From assembly GCA_043732345.1 (NCBI GenBank), contig JAYTHS010000048.1, positions 1-44,046 on the forward strand: DNA of 44,046 bases, given 5' to 3'. A program made the translations under genes and the position numbers. Below are positions 25,625 through 35,105 of this stretch, piece after piece. The DNA is from Frankiales bacterium (GTDB taxonomy: Bacteria > Actinomycetota > Actinomycetes > Mycobacteriales > SCTD01). The notes under the pieces are model-generated. The model saw only the letters and a list, made by a program, of their open reading frames with translations, did no database searches and was not told the DNA's origin. The first letter of the stretch is position 1. Every line of letters starts with the position of its first letter.

Positions 25625-27094
25625 CTAGAGCGCGGGCGCCGCTAGGGGGACCGACAGCAGCGCGCTCGTGCCACCGGTCGCTCGCGGACGCAAGGCTAGG
25701 GTCCCGCGTAGGTCCCCGGAGACCAGCGCCCGGACGATCTGCAGCCCCAACCGCGGTGAGGTGGCCAGGTCGAAGCCGTCGGGAAGACCGGTCCCCGCGT
25801 CACGCACCTCGACGCTCAAGCCGTCCCGGTCACGGACCGCGGCCACCTCGATCAGGCCGGTCCGGCCGTCAGGGTAGGCATGTTCGACGGCATTCTGCAC
25901 CAGCTCGGTCAGGACCATCGACAGCGGGGTGGCGACCTCGGCAGGCAACGTCCCGAAGCTTCCGGAGCGCCGGACCTCTACGGTCGCGCCGGCAGAGGCG
26001 ATGTCGGCGCACATCGACAGGACCTTGTCGGCGACACCGTCGAAGGCCACGTCCTCGTCGAGGGACAGCGAGAGCGTCTCGTGCACCAGTGCGATCGAGG
26101 TCACTCGGCGCACCGACTCCTGCAGCGCAGCCTGCGCGCTCGGGTCGGTGAGGCGACGGGCCTGCATGCGCAGCAGCGCCGCGACCGTCTGCAGGTTGTT
26201 CTTCACGCGGTGGTGGATCTCGCGGATCGTCGCGTCCTTGCCCATGATCTGCCGGTCCCGGCGTCGTACCTCGGTCACGTCCCGAAGCAGCACCAGGGCG
26301 CCTCGCGGCTCACCGCCGGGCGCCAGCGGCAGCGCCCGGAGCAGGACGACCGCGCCCTGCGCCTCGACCTCGCTGTCGCGGGGCTCGCGGAAGCGCAGCG
26401 CAGCGGCCAACGCCGCCGAGCCCCGGGGCTCGTCAAGGTGCCCCGGCTCGGCCGGCAGCCGGGCGATGGTCTGGCCGAGGTGGGCGCCCAGCAGGTCCCC
26501 GCTGACCCCGAGCCGACGAAACGCCGAGAGCGCGTTGGGCGAGGCGTAGACGACGTGCCCCGTCCGGTCCAGGCGCAGCAGCCCGTCGCCGACCCGGGGG
26601 CTGTGCTCGGGATCGGGGTCGCTGCCCGGGAACGGGAACGTCCCCTCGGACACCATCTGCAGCAGCTCGCTGGCCGACGTCAGGTAGGTCAGCTCCAGCG
26701 GGCTGGGTCCCCGGGCCGAGCCGAGGTTGCTGTCGCGGCTCAGCAGCGCGACCAGGGTGTCGGCCCTGCGTACCGGGACCGTCTCCTGTCGCACGTGGAG
26801 CGGGACGGTCCGTTCCGTTCGCTCCACCCTCCCCTCCCTCCAGACCCGGTCCAGACGGGGGCTGGCGGCGCGCTCCAGCCCGACGACGTCATCGGCGTAG
26901 ACCGTCGAGGCGGTGGTCGGACGCAGGTGCGCGACCGGCATCCAGGTGCGCTCCCGGGTGCGGACCCACAGCACCAGGTCGGAGAAGGAAAGGTCAGCGA
27001 CCAGCTGCCACTCGGCAACCAGCCGCTGCAGGTGGTCCAGGTCGCGGGAGGTCAGGTCCGTGCGCGTCCGGACCAGGTCCCCGAGGGTCGACAC
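25625..27094 (-). CDS. pdtaS: Sensor histidine kinase PdtaS (GAF-PAS-HisKA_2-HATPase)
   Basis: The H-box is EIHHRVKNNLQTVAALL and an HATPase is at the C-terminus. GTG at 27094 gives VSTLGDLVRTRTDLTSRDLDHLQRLV (489 aa). The gene sits adjacent to whiB1, as in mycobacteria. Confidence 0.9.
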   Translation of the reverse strand: MSTLGDLVRTRTDLTSRDLDHLQRLVAEWQLVADLSFSDLVLWVRTRERTWMPVAHLRPTTASTVYADDVVGLERAASPRLDRVWREGRVERTERTVPLHVRQETVPVRRADTLVALLSRDSNLGSARGPSPLELTYLTSASELLQMVSEGTFPFPGSDPDPEHSPRVGDGLLRLDRTGHVVYASPNALSAFRRLGVSGDLLGAHLGQTIARLPAEPGHLDEPRGSAALAAALRFREPRDSEVEAQGAVVLLRALPLAPGGEPRGALVLLRDVTEVRRRDRQIMGKDATIREIHHRVKNNLQTVAALLRMQARRLTDPSAQAALQESVRRVTSIALVHETLSLSLDEDVAFDGVADKVLSMCADIASAGATVEVRRSGSFGTLPAEVATPLSMVLTELVQNAVEHAYPDGRTGLIEVAAVRDRDGLSVEVRDAGTGLPDGFDLATSPRLGLQIVRALVSGDLRGTLALRPRATGGTSALLSVPLAAPAL

Positions 27095-27101
27095 ACCTGC
27101 A

Positions 27102-27107
27102 ACCCTA
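27102..27107 (-). promoter_or_regulatory. -10-like TAGGGT 7 nt upstream of the pdtaS GTG (candidate leaderless promoter)
   Basis: The minus strand reads cTAGGGTtgcaggtGTG. The same hexamer precedes the lipid kinase ATG. Confidence 0.3.
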
Positions 27108-27170
27108 GGCTGGTGCCCGTGGCCGGCCCCGGGTCGCGGGTCGGCCCTTCCCGGTCCGGAGGGCCTCCTC

Positions 27171-27881
27171 ATGAGCACGCTGTTCGTCACCGGTACCGGC
27201 ACGGGGGTCGGCAAGACCGTCGTCACCGCGGCCGTTGCCGCCCTCTGCCTCGCCCGCAGCGGTCGGTGCGCCGTCGTCAAGCCCGGCCAGACCGGGATAG
27301 CGCCCGGTGAGCCGGGCGACCTCGCCGACGTGGGCCGGCTGTCCGGTGCGGAGGACCTGCACGAGCTGGTGCGCTACCCCGATCCGCTGTCCCCTGCCGC
27401 GGCCGCCCGACGCAGCGGCCTGCCGCCGCTGGACCAGACGCAGGCCGTGACGCTGCTGCTGGAGCTAGCGGACCGGGACCTGGTGCTCGTCGAGGGCGCC
27501 GGCGGTCTGCTGGTGCGCTTCGACGAGGACGGGCTGACCCTGGCCGACCTGGCCCGCGCCGTCCGGGCCCCTGTCCTGGTCGTGGCCGACCCGGCGCTGG
27601 GCACCCTCAACAGCACCGCGCTGACGCTGGAGGCCATGGCCCACCGGGGGCTGGAGCTGGCCGGGATCGTCGTCGGGTCGTGGCCGGACGACCCCGGTCT
27701 GGCAGAGCGGTGCAACCTGCGCGACCTCGAGACCCTGGCGGCGCGGCCGCTCGCCGGGGTCCTGCCAGCGGGCGCCGGCACGCTGTCGAGCGAGGCGTTC
27801 CTCGACGTCGCCCGGGGCGGGCTGGGGCCGTCGCTCGGCGGGACCTTCGACGCCGCGGCCTTCCGGTCCAGGTGGGCCTGA
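27171..27881 (+). CDS. bioD: Dethiobiotin synthase
   Basis: MSTLFVTGTGTGVGKT (P-loop)...VEGAGGLLV...; GGAGGG lies upstream of the ATG at 27171. Confidence 0.9.
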   Translation: MSTLFVTGTGTGVGKTVVTAAVAALCLARSGRCAVVKPGQTGIAPGEPGDLADVGRLSGAEDLHELVRYPDPLSPAAAARRSGLPPLDQTQAVTLLLELADRDLVLVEGAGGLLVRFDEDGLTLADLARAVRAPVLVVADPALGTLNSTALTLEAMAHRGLELAGIVVGSWPDDPGLAERCNLRDLETLAARPLAGVLPAGAGTLSSEAFLDVARGGLGPSLGGTFDAAAFRSRWA

Positions 27882-27914
27882 CGGGCGGGGGGGATCGCGG
27901 TCGGACCTGGCAAG

Positions 27915-28940
27915 ATGGCGCCCGTGACCGAGCTGCTGACCGACGTCCGTGCCGATGTGCTGGAGACTGCCCGCGAGCAGGTGCTCGACCGTGGGGTCGG
28001 GCTCACGCAGGAGCAGGCGCTGGCTTGCTTGCAGCTCGGCGACGAGCGGCTCCCGGACCTACTGCAGCTGGCCCACGAGGTGCGGATGCGGCACTGCGGC
28101 CCCGAGGTCGAGGTCGAGGGCATCATCAGCCTCAAGACCGGCGGCTGCGTCGAGGACTGCCACTTCTGCAGCCAGTCCGGCCTGTTCGCCTCACCGGTGC
28201 GGGCCGCTTGGCTCGACATCCCCTCGCTGGTGAGAGCGGCCGTGGAGACCCGGGCGACCGGCGCCACCGAGTTCTGCATCGTGGCGGCCGTCCGCGGCCC
28301 CGACGAGCGGCTCATGACCCAGGTCGCGGCGGGCATCGCGGCGATCCACGAGGCCGTCGACATCCAGATCGCCTGCAGCCTCGGGATGCTCACCCAGGAG
28401 CAGGTCGACGCACTGGCGGCGATGGGCGTCCACCGCTACAACCACAACCTCGAGACGGCCCGCTCGCACTTCCCGAACGTCGTCACGACGCACACCTGGG
28501 AGGAGCGCTCCGACACGCTGCGCATGGTTCGGGCGGCCGGCATGGAGGTCTGCTGCGGCGGGATCCTGGGCATGGGCGAGACCCTCGAGCAGCGCGCGGA
28601 GTTCGCCCTGCAGCTCGCGGCTCTCGAGCCCGACGAGGTGCCCCTCAACTTCCTCAACCCACGACCCGGGACGCCCTTCGGCGACCTGCCGGTCATGGGT
28701 GCGAACGACGCCCTGCGGGCCATCGCCGTCTTCCGGCTCGCACTGCCACGCACGGTGCTGCGCTTCGCCGGCGGCCGCGAGATCACCCTTGGGGACCTCG
28801 CCAAGGACGGCATGCTCGGTGGCATCAACGCGGTCATCGTCGGCAACTACCTCACGACCCTCGGCCGCCCGGCGACCGAAGACCTCGACATGCTCGTCGA
28901 CCTCAGGATGCCGCTCAAGGGCCTGTCGCAGTCGCTGTGA
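27915..28940 (+). CDS. bioB: Biotin synthase (radical SAM)
   Basis: The CxxxCxxC cluster motif is [13 protein letters not shown]. The body is typical of BioB ([17 protein letters not shown]). Confidence 0.95.
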   Translation: MAPVTELLTDVRADVLETAREQVLDRGVGLTQEQALACLQLGDERLPDLLQLAHEVRMRHCGPEVEVEGIISLKTGGCVEDCHFCSQSGLFASPVRAAWLDIPSLVRAAVETRATGATEFCIVAAVRGPDERLMTQVAAGIAAIHEAVDIQIACSLGMLTQEQVDALAAMGVHRYNHNLETARSHFPNVVTTHTWEERSDTLRMVRAAGMEVCCGGILGMGETLEQRAEFALQLAALEPDEVPLNFLNPRPGTPFGDLPVMGANDALRAIAVFRLALPRTVLRFAGGREITLGDLAKDGMLGGINAVIVGNYLTTLGRPATEDLDMLVDLRMPLKGLSQSL

Positions 28941-30271
28941 CCGTCCAGCCGCAAGGCCTCGCGACGTACGTGTCGGAACAGGGTCCGTCGGGATGGGGCC
29001 TGTCGGGACGGGGCTCGTCCGGACGGGGCCTCGTCGAGCGGGACCGCGAGGTCCTGTGGCACCCCTACGCCTCGGTGACCAGGCAGGCTCCGTTGTTCGG
29101 GGTCGTCGACGCCTGCGGCACCCGCCTCACTCTGGAGGACGGCCGCACCGTCGTCGACGGGATGAGCTCGTGGTGGGCCGCGGTGCACGGCTACCGGCAC
29201 CCGGTCCTAGACGCCGCGCTGCACGCGCAGGTCGACCGGTTCGCCCACGTGATGTTCGGCGGTCTCACGCACGCCCCGGCCGTCGAGCTCGGCGAGCTGC
29301 TGGTCTCGGTGACCGACCCCTCGCTGACCCGGGTCTTCCTTGCCGACTCCGGTTCGGTCGCCGTGGAGGTCGCCCTCAAGCTCGCGGTCCAGGCGAGCCC
29401 CGGTCGCTCCCGGGTGCTCACCGTCCGCGGCGGGTACCACGGGGACACCTCAGGGGCGATGAGCGTCACCGACCCCGACGGCATGCACGCGCTGTTCGGA
29501 GACCACGTCGTGCAGCAGGTGTTTCTGCCCCGCCCTCGGCCGCTGTATCACGAGCAGCTGACCGACAGGGACCTTCTCGAGCTGGATCGGGCGCTGGCCG
29601 AGCACGCCGGGATGCTCGCCGCCGTCATCGTCGAGCCCGTGGTGCAGGGGGCGGGGGGCATGCGGTGGTACTCCCCCGCCTACCTCGACGAGCTGGTGAA
29701 GCGCTGCAGGGCAGCCGGTCTGCTCGTCATCTTCGACGAGATCGCGACCGGCTTCGGACGGACCGGCCGACTCTGGGGTGCCGACCACACCGGCGTCGTG
29801 CCCGACATCATGTGCCTGGGCAAGGCCCTGACCGGCGGCACCATGACGCTCGGGGCCGTCCTGTGCTCCGACGAGGTCGTCGACCGGGTCTGCGCTGACG
29901 GTGGGGCCTTCATGCACGGCCCGACCTTCATGGCCAACCCGCTGGCGTGCGCGGTCGCGCAGGCCTCGGTCCGGCTGCTGCTCAAGCAGGACTGGGCCGG
30001 CACGGTGAGTCGCATCTCGGGCGAGCTGGCCGCTGGCCTCGCCCTGGCCCGTGACCTGCCGGGCGTCCGCGACGTACGCGTGCTCGGGGCGATCGGGGTC
30101 GTCGAGCTGGAGCAGCCGTGCGACATGGCGGTGCTGCAGCCGCGGCTGGTCGACGAGGGCGCATGGGTCCGGCCGTTCGGGCGGCTGGTCTACACGATGC
30201 CGCCGTACGTCAGCACGACGCAGGACGTCGCCACCGTCACCGGCGCGATCGTGCGCTCCCTGACCCCGTGA
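28937..30271 (+). CDS. bioA: Adenosylmethionine-8-amino-7-oxononanoate aminotransferase
   Basis: LWHPYAS...[17 protein letters not shown]...[14 protein letters not shown]...[12 protein letters not shown]...[11 protein letters not shown]...CLGKALTGG. The GTG at 28937 overlaps the bioB stop; an alternative GTG is at 28970. Either start places the 15-bp repeat inside the N-terminus. Confidence 0.9.
   Translation: MTVQPQGLATYVSEQGPSGWGLSGRGSSGRGLVERDREVLWHPYASVTRQAPLFGVVDACGTRLTLEDGRTVVDGMSSWWAAVHGYRHPVLDAALHAQVDRFAHVMFGGLTHAPAVELGELLVSVTDPSLTRVFLADSGSVAVEVALKLAVQASPGRSRVLTVRGGYHGDTSGAMSVTDPDGMHALFGDHVVQQVFLPRPRPLYHEQLTDRDLLELDRALAEHAGMLAAVIVEPVVQGAGGMRWYSPAYLDELVKRCRAAGLLVIFDEIATGFGRTGRLWGADHTGVVPDIMCLGKALTGGTMTLGAVLCSDEVVDRVCADGGAFMHGPTFMANPLACAVAQASVRLLLKQDWAGTVSRISGELAAGLALARDLPGVRDVRVLGAIGVVELEQPCDMAVLQPRLVDEGAWVRPFGRLVYTMPPYVSTTQDVATVTGAIVRSLTP
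28987..29031 (+). repeat. G-rich 15-bp tandem repeat x3 inside the 5' end of bioA (in frame; encodes SG-W/R-G-L/S pentapeptides)
   Basis: 28987-29001 gtcgggatggggcct; 29002-29016 gtcgggacggggctc; 29017-29031 gtccggacggggcct. Confidence 0.8.
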
Positions 30272-30297
30272 GACCCGCAGCTGAGGTGCGCGGTCAG

Positions 30298-30846
30298 ATG
30301 AGGTGCTTTGGAGACGGCGACGAGCTGTACGAGCGCTACCACGACACCGAGTGGGGGCGACCGCAGCGCACCGAGCAGCAGCTCTTCGAGAAGGTCTGCC
30401 TCGAGGGCTTCCAGGCAGGGCTCGCGTGGATCACCGTGCTGCGCAAGCGGGAGGCACTGCGGGCGGCGTTCTCAGGGTTCGACCCGGAGGTCGTCGCGTC
30501 GATGGACGTCGGGCCGCTGCTCGCCGACGCGGGGCTGATCCGATCCGGCCCCAAGCTGCGGGCCTGCGTACGCAACGCCGACGCCACGCTGGCCCTGCGT
30601 GACGAGGGCGGGCTCGTCGAGCTGGTCTGGTCCTGCCGGGACGACGGACCCCCGCCGGCCACGTGGTCCGACGTACCGGCCTCGACAACGGCCTCCAGCG
30701 ACCTCGCAAAGCGGCTCAAGCAGGCCGGTTTCGTATTCGTCGGGCCGACGACGGTCTACTCGCTGCTGCAGGCCTGCGGGATCGTGGACGACCACCTCAC
30801 GACCTGCCCGGTCCGTGGGGAGGTGGAGACGCTGCGCGGCTCCTGA
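30298..30846 (+). CDS. tag: DNA-3-methyladenine glycosylase I
   Basis: MRCFGDGDELYERYHDTEWGRP...LFEKVCLEGFQAGLAWITVLRKRE...FVGPTTVYSLLQACGIVDDH is colinear with E. coli Tag. Confidence 0.9.
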   Translation: MRCFGDGDELYERYHDTEWGRPQRTEQQLFEKVCLEGFQAGLAWITVLRKREALRAAFSGFDPEVVASMDVGPLLADAGLIRSGPKLRACVRNADATLALRDEGGLVELVWSCRDDGPPPATWSDVPASTTASSDLAKRLKQAGFVFVGPTTVYSLLQACGIVDDHLTTCPVRGEVETLRGS

Positions 30847-30871
30847 CGAGCGCGGCTGGTAGACACCACGC

Positions 30872-31519
30872 GTGCTCGAGATCCGCCCCGTCCTGCCCGC
30901 CGAGCACGCCGCTCTCGGCGAGCTGACCGCCGTCACCTACCTTGCCGAGGGCTACGGCGACGACGACTACGCCGCGACGCTCCGGGACGTCGCGACCCGG
31001 GTGGCCGAGGCCGATGTGCTCGTTGCGCTGCTCGACGGCCGGCTCGTCGGCGGGGTCGCGGTGGCCACCCGCGGAGGCCCGTTCGCCGAGCAGGCAGCCC
31101 CCGGCGAGGCGGTCATCCGGATGCTCGTGACGGCCCCGGCCGCGCGCGGCGCGGGCGCGGGGACGGCCCTGGTCCAGGCCTGTCTGGGCCTTGCTCGGAG
31201 CGCAGACTGCAGCCTGGTGCGCCTGTCGACCCAGCCGACCATGACGGCGGCGCACCGCATCTACGAGCGGCTCGGCTTCCTCCGAACGCCCGAGCGCGAC
31301 TGGAGCCCGGTGCCCTATGTCGACCTGCTGACCTACGAGCTGGTCCTGGCCCCCGCGGCCCCGACCTGGTGCAGCCACTGCGGCGAGCCCGGGGGACAGC
31401 ACGAGCAGCCCCTGGAGCCTCCGCGCTGGTGTCCTCGCTGCCGCCGCCGCATGGTCGTGCAGGTCCATCCCACGGGGTGGAGCGCCCACTGCTCCGAGCA
31501 CGGCACGACCACCTCGTGA
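30872..31519 (+). CDS. GNAT-family acetyltransferase with a C-terminal Cys-rich (zinc-ribbon-like) extension
   Basis: The GNAT core reads [20 protein letters not shown]...[11 protein letters not shown] tail of about 50 aa follows: [46 protein letters not shown] (CxxC-N16-CxxC). Confidence 0.8.
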   Translation: MLEIRPVLPAEHAALGELTAVTYLAEGYGDDDYAATLRDVATRVAEADVLVALLDGRLVGGVAVATRGGPFAEQAAPGEAVIRMLVTAPAARGAGAGTALVQACLGLARSADCSLVRLSTQPTMTAAHRIYERLGFLRTPERDWSPVPYVDLLTYELVLAPAAPTWCSHCGEPGGQHEQPLEPPRWCPRCRRRMVVQVHPTGWSAHCSEHGTTTS

Positions 31520-31568
31520 CCCCCGGTCCAGCTGCCAGCGTTGCGACTGCCCGTCGTACGACGTGGGC

Positions 31569-31602
31569 GGTGGCCGGAGCGGACAGGCTGCTGGCGGCCA
31601 CC
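31569..31602. terminator. Hairpin between convergent genes (8-bp GC stem, 18-nt loop); candidate bidirectional terminator
   Basis: GGTGGCCG (31569-31576) pairs with CGGCCACC (31595-31602). Confidence 0.4.
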
Positions 31603-31625
31603 CCTGCGTGAACTGGGGCTAGACG

Positions 31626-32705
31626 CTAGGCGACCAGGCCGAGGCGGCGCAGCTCGACGGTGAGGTCGTGAGGTGAGGTGCTGGCGGACATCGCGGCCTC
31701 CAAGGTGATCACGCCATCACGCACGAAGCTGACGAGGTGCTGGTCGAAGGTCTGCATCCCGTAGTAGCCGCCCTCGGCGATCAGAGCAGGCAGCGTCGAG
31801 GTCTTCTCGGGGTCGGCGATGGCGTCGGCGATGCGCCCGGTGTTGACGGCGATCTCCATGACCACGCACCGGCCCTCACCGTCGGCCCGGGGAACCAGCC
31901 GCTGGCAGATGATCCCCCGCAGCGAGCCAGCCAGGGCCAGCCGTACCTGCTTCTGCTCGTGGGGCGGGAAGAAGTCGATGATCCGGTTGATCGTCTCGGC
32001 AGCGTCGGTGGTGTGCAGCGTCGACATGACGAAGTGGCCGGTCTCGGCGGCGGCGAGAGCGGCCTTGACGGTCTCGTGGTCGCGCATCTCGCCGATCAGG
32101 ATGACGTCGGGGTCCTGCCGCATGGCGGCGCGCATCGCGGTGACGAAGTCCTCGGTGTCGACCCGGACCTCACGCTGGTTCACCATCGCCAGCTTGTCAA
32201 AGTGCAGCACCTCGATGGGGTCCTCGATCGTGACGACGTGGACCTCCTTGTTGGCGTTGACGTGGTCGATCATCCCGGCCAGGGTGGTGGTCTTGCCCGA
32301 GCCGGTCGGGCCGGTCACCAGGACCAGCCCGCGGGGCTCCATCGCCAGGCTGGTGAGCACGACCGGCAGCCCCAGGTCGGCCAGCGGGATCGCGCCGACC
32401 GAGACGCGCCGGAAGACCAGCCCGCACGAGCCCCGGCTGCGGAACGCGTTGACGCGGAACCTCCCTACGCCCGGCAGGCTGTAGGCAAAATCGGCCTCGT
32501 TGCTGCGGTGGAAGACCTCCACCAGGTCCTCGCGCAGCACCTCGTTGACCATCTGCTCGGTGTCCTCGGTCGACAGGTCGCGGGTCTGCAGCTTTCTCAG
32601 CCGCCCGTCGATGCGGACCCGAGGGGGCGATCCGACCTTGCAGTGCAGGTCGGACCCTCCGCACTCGACCAGTGCTCGCAGGAAAGGCTCGATGGAGGTG
32701 CTCAC
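31626..32705 (-). CDS. pilT: Type IV pilus retraction ATPase PilT family
   Basis: GSDLH...RIDG..., Walker A GPTGSGKTTT, VVTIEDPIE, ILIGEMRD and STLHT are present. The GTG at 32705 (VSTSIEPFL) is preceded by GAAGAGG. Confidence 0.9.
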   Translation of the reverse strand: MSTSIEPFLRALVECGGSDLHCKVGSPPRVRIDGRLRKLQTRDLSTEDTEQMVNEVLREDLVEVFHRSNEADFAYSLPGVGRFRVNAFRSRGSCGLVFRRVSVGAIPLADLGLPVVLTSLAMEPRGLVLVTGPTGSGKTTTLAGMIDHVNANKEVHVVTIEDPIEVLHFDKLAMVNQREVRVDTEDFVTAMRAAMRQDPDVILIGEMRDHETVKAALAAAETGHFVMSTLHTTDAAETINRIIDFFPPHEQKQVRLALAGSLRGIICQRLVPRADGEGRCVVMEIAVNTGRIADAIADPEKTSTLPALIAEGGYYGMQTFDQHLVSFVRDGVITLEAAMSASTSPHDLTVELRRLGLVA

Positions 32706-32793
32706 CCTGACCTCTTCGGCCGCGTCCCGGCCCGGCTTGATCTCCGGCGGCCAGCGGCTGACCGGACTCCCCGCTGCTCGCAAGAGCGTCGCG

Positions 32794-34215
32794 TCAGGGC
32801 TGGCGCAGGCCAGCCATCCACGCAGTGACCTCGTCAGGATCGCGCGGCAGCGCCGCCGACAGGTTGACGGGGTCGCCGGCGGTGATCAGCACGTCGTCCT
32901 CGATCCGGACCCCGATCCCCCGCAAGTCCTCGGGGACCAGCAGGTCGTCGGGCTGGAAGTACAGCCCGGGCTCGACGGTGATGACGTTGCCCTCGACCAG
33001 GGCTCCCTTGGGGTAGACCTCGGCCCTGGCGTGCGCGCAGTCGTGGACGTCGAGCCCGAGGTGGTGGCTGACCGAGTGGAGCGTCCAGCGGGAGTAGCGC
33101 TTGTCGTCCTCGTCCAGGACCTCGACGGCGGACTCCACCAGGCCCATCCGCTCGAGCCCGCGCGCGATCACCTGCATGGCGGCGTCGTGCGGGGCGGTGA
33201 ACGGCTGGCCCGCCCGGCAGGCGGCAATGCCGGCCTCCTGGGCGTCCAGCACCAGCTGGTAGACCTCGCGCTGCCGGGCCGTCCACGTGCCGTTGATCGG
33301 CAGGGTGCGCGTCACGTCGGCGGTGTAGAGCTCGTGGCCCTCGACCCCCATGTCCAGCAGGATGAGCTCGCCGTCGCGGACGGCCCCGTCGTTGTCGGTC
33401 CAGTGGAGCGTGCAGGCGTGCGACCCGGCGGCGCAGATGGAGCCGTAGCCGACGTCGTTGCCCTCGACCCGGGCCCGCAGCGCGAAGACCCCTTCCGCCC
33501 ACCGCTCGCTCGTCGCCTGGGCCTGGGGCAGCGCGCGTACGACGTCCTCGAAGCCCAGCACCGTGGCGTCCACAGCCTTCTGCAGCTCGGCGACCTCCCA
33601 GGCGTCCTTGACGAGCCGGGCCTCGGACAGCCAGACGGCAAGCTCGGTGCACGCCGCGGCGTCGAGGTCGAACACGGCCTCCGTCGAGGCGTCGACGCCC
33701 GTGAGGACGCGGGCCCGTGTGCCCTGCAGCTTGGCCAGCTCGGCCAGCGGCCGCGTCTCCAGGCCCAGCAGCGCGGCAGCGGACGTGAGCGTCGGGCGCG
33801 GGCCGACCCAGAGCTCGCCGTTGCGGTCGGTGAAGAAGGCGGGAGTGGAGCGGTCGAGGTACGGCGCCTGGTAGAGCACCGCCTGCCCGGCCGGGTCGAC
33901 GACCAGCACCGCGTCGGGCTCGTGCGAGCCGACCAACCAGGAGTGGTCCGTGCCGGGGCGAAAGCGGAAGTCGGTGTCGTTGGCACGGACCTTAAGGGCC
34001 CCGGTGGGCACGACGACCCACTCGCCGGTGAAGCGCTCAGCCAGCGCGGCGCGACGGGCTGCCCGGAAGGGAGCCCCGGGCCCCGGCTCGGGAAGGACCT
34101 CGACCCGCTCGGCCCAGCCCGTCGCCATGAGGTCGAGCAACTTCTGCGGGCGCTTGGGGTCATAGCCGTTGGTGCCCTCGGCGGGGACGACCTCGGCCGA
34201 TGTCTGGTCGCTCAT
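32794..34215 (-). CDS. pepP: Xaa-Pro aminopeptidase (M24B, aminopeptidase P)
   Basis: The M24 metal ligands sit in the expected context: ILLDMGVE..YTADVTRT, SHHLGLDVHD, VITVEPGLY, GVRIEDDV. Confidence 0.9.
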   Translation of the reverse strand: MSDQTSAEVVPAEGTNGYDPKRPQKLLDLMATGWAERVEVLPEPGPGAPFRAARRAALAERFTGEWVVVPTGALKVRANDTDFRFRPGTDHSWLVGSHEPDAVLVVDPAGQAVLYQAPYLDRSTPAFFTDRNGELWVGPRPTLTSAAALLGLETRPLAELAKLQGTRARVLTGVDASTEAVFDLDAAACTELAVWLSEARLVKDAWEVAELQKAVDATVLGFEDVVRALPQAQATSERWAEGVFALRARVEGNDVGYGSICAAGSHACTLHWTDNDGAVRDGELILLDMGVEGHELYTADVTRTLPINGTWTARQREVYQLVLDAQEAGIAACRAGQPFTAPHDAAMQVIARGLERMGLVESAVEVLDEDDKRYSRWTLHSVSHHLGLDVHDCAHARAEVYPKGALVEGNVITVEPGLYFQPDDLLVPEDLRGIGVRIEDDVLITAGDPVNLSAALPRDPDEVTAWMAGLRQP

Positions 34216-34230
34216 GCCCTCACCGTACGT

Positions 34231-34998
34231 CTAGCGGCCGGACCAGACCGGCGGCCGCTTCTGCAGGAACGCCGTGACGCCCTCGGAGGCGTCTTGCGTG
34301 GTGTTGAGCAGCGACAGCTGGGCCTGCATGGCAGCGAGCCCGGCGGGCAGCGAGGACTCCATCGCGGCAAGGAAGGCGGCCTTGCCCAGCCGCACGGCCA
34401 CCGGTGGCTTGGCGGCCAGCGCCCTCACCAGCTCATCGGTCTCCCGCGCCAGGTCGGCGGCCGGCACGACCCTCGACAGCAGGCCCATCTCGAGCGCCTC
34501 GGCAGCGGGGACCCGCCGGCCGCTCAGCATCATCTCCATGGCCCGCTTCGGGCTGACGTGCCGACCGAGCAGGGCGCTCACCATGAACGGCCACAGCCCC
34601 AGGTCGACCTCTGGTAGGCCGAAGGCCGTGTCGTCGCCCGCGACCACGAGATCGCAGCCCAGCACCAGCCCGACGCCACCGGCCAGGCACAGGCCCTGCA
34701 CGCTGGCCACCACCGGTACGGCGCAGTCGCGCATCGCGAGGACGACGTCCCGCAGCAGGCCACGGCCCTCGTGGACCTCGAGGCCGGTCGCGTCGGGGGC
34801 CATCTGCACCAGGTCGGCGCCGGCGCAAAAGACCCGCTCGCCCGCGCTGGTGACCAGCACGACGCGAGCGTCACCGAGCTCGGACAGGGCCTGTTGCATC
34901 CCCTGCAGGACCTCCGCGTTGAGGGCGTTCCTCCGGGGCTCCCGATCGATGTGAAGGCGCAGGACAGCGCCCTCACGGCGGACGGCCAGATCACTCAC
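34231..34998 (-). CDS. Enoyl-CoA hydratase/isomerase (crotonase) family protein
   Basis: RRNALN...FCAGADL...A.V.G.CLAGG...FGLPEVDLGL are crotonase signatures. GTG start at 34998. Confidence 0.9.
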   Translation of the reverse strand: MSDLAVRREGAVLRLHIDREPRRNALNAEVLQGMQQALSELGDARVVLVTSAGERVFCAGADLVQMAPDATGLEVHEGRGLLRDVVLAMRDCAVPVVASVQGLCLAGGVGLVLGCDLVVAGDDTAFGLPEVDLGLWPFMVSALLGRHVSPKRAMEMMLSGRRVPAAEALEMGLLSRVVPAADLARETDELVRALAAKPPVAVRLGKAAFLAAMESSLPAGLAAMQAQLSLLNTTQDASEGVTAFLQKRPPVWSGR

Positions 34999-35105
34999 GG
35001 CGGGCTCTCCTCACGAGGGCGGGCGGGTCGACGGACGGCCATCTGCTCGGCCAGGCCACCGCGTCCACGACGCGGCCAGCAGTCACCGCCGCATCGGCGG
35101 CGAGC

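Noticed and set aside
27171-30271. bioD-bioB-bioA gene order without bioF, considered as an unusual biotin operon.
   Set aside because: Biotin gene order and linkage vary widely among actinobacteria, and bioF may simply be elsewhere. I could not find a BioQ- or BirA-type operator in the 76-bp upstream gap, so there is nothing concrete to report.
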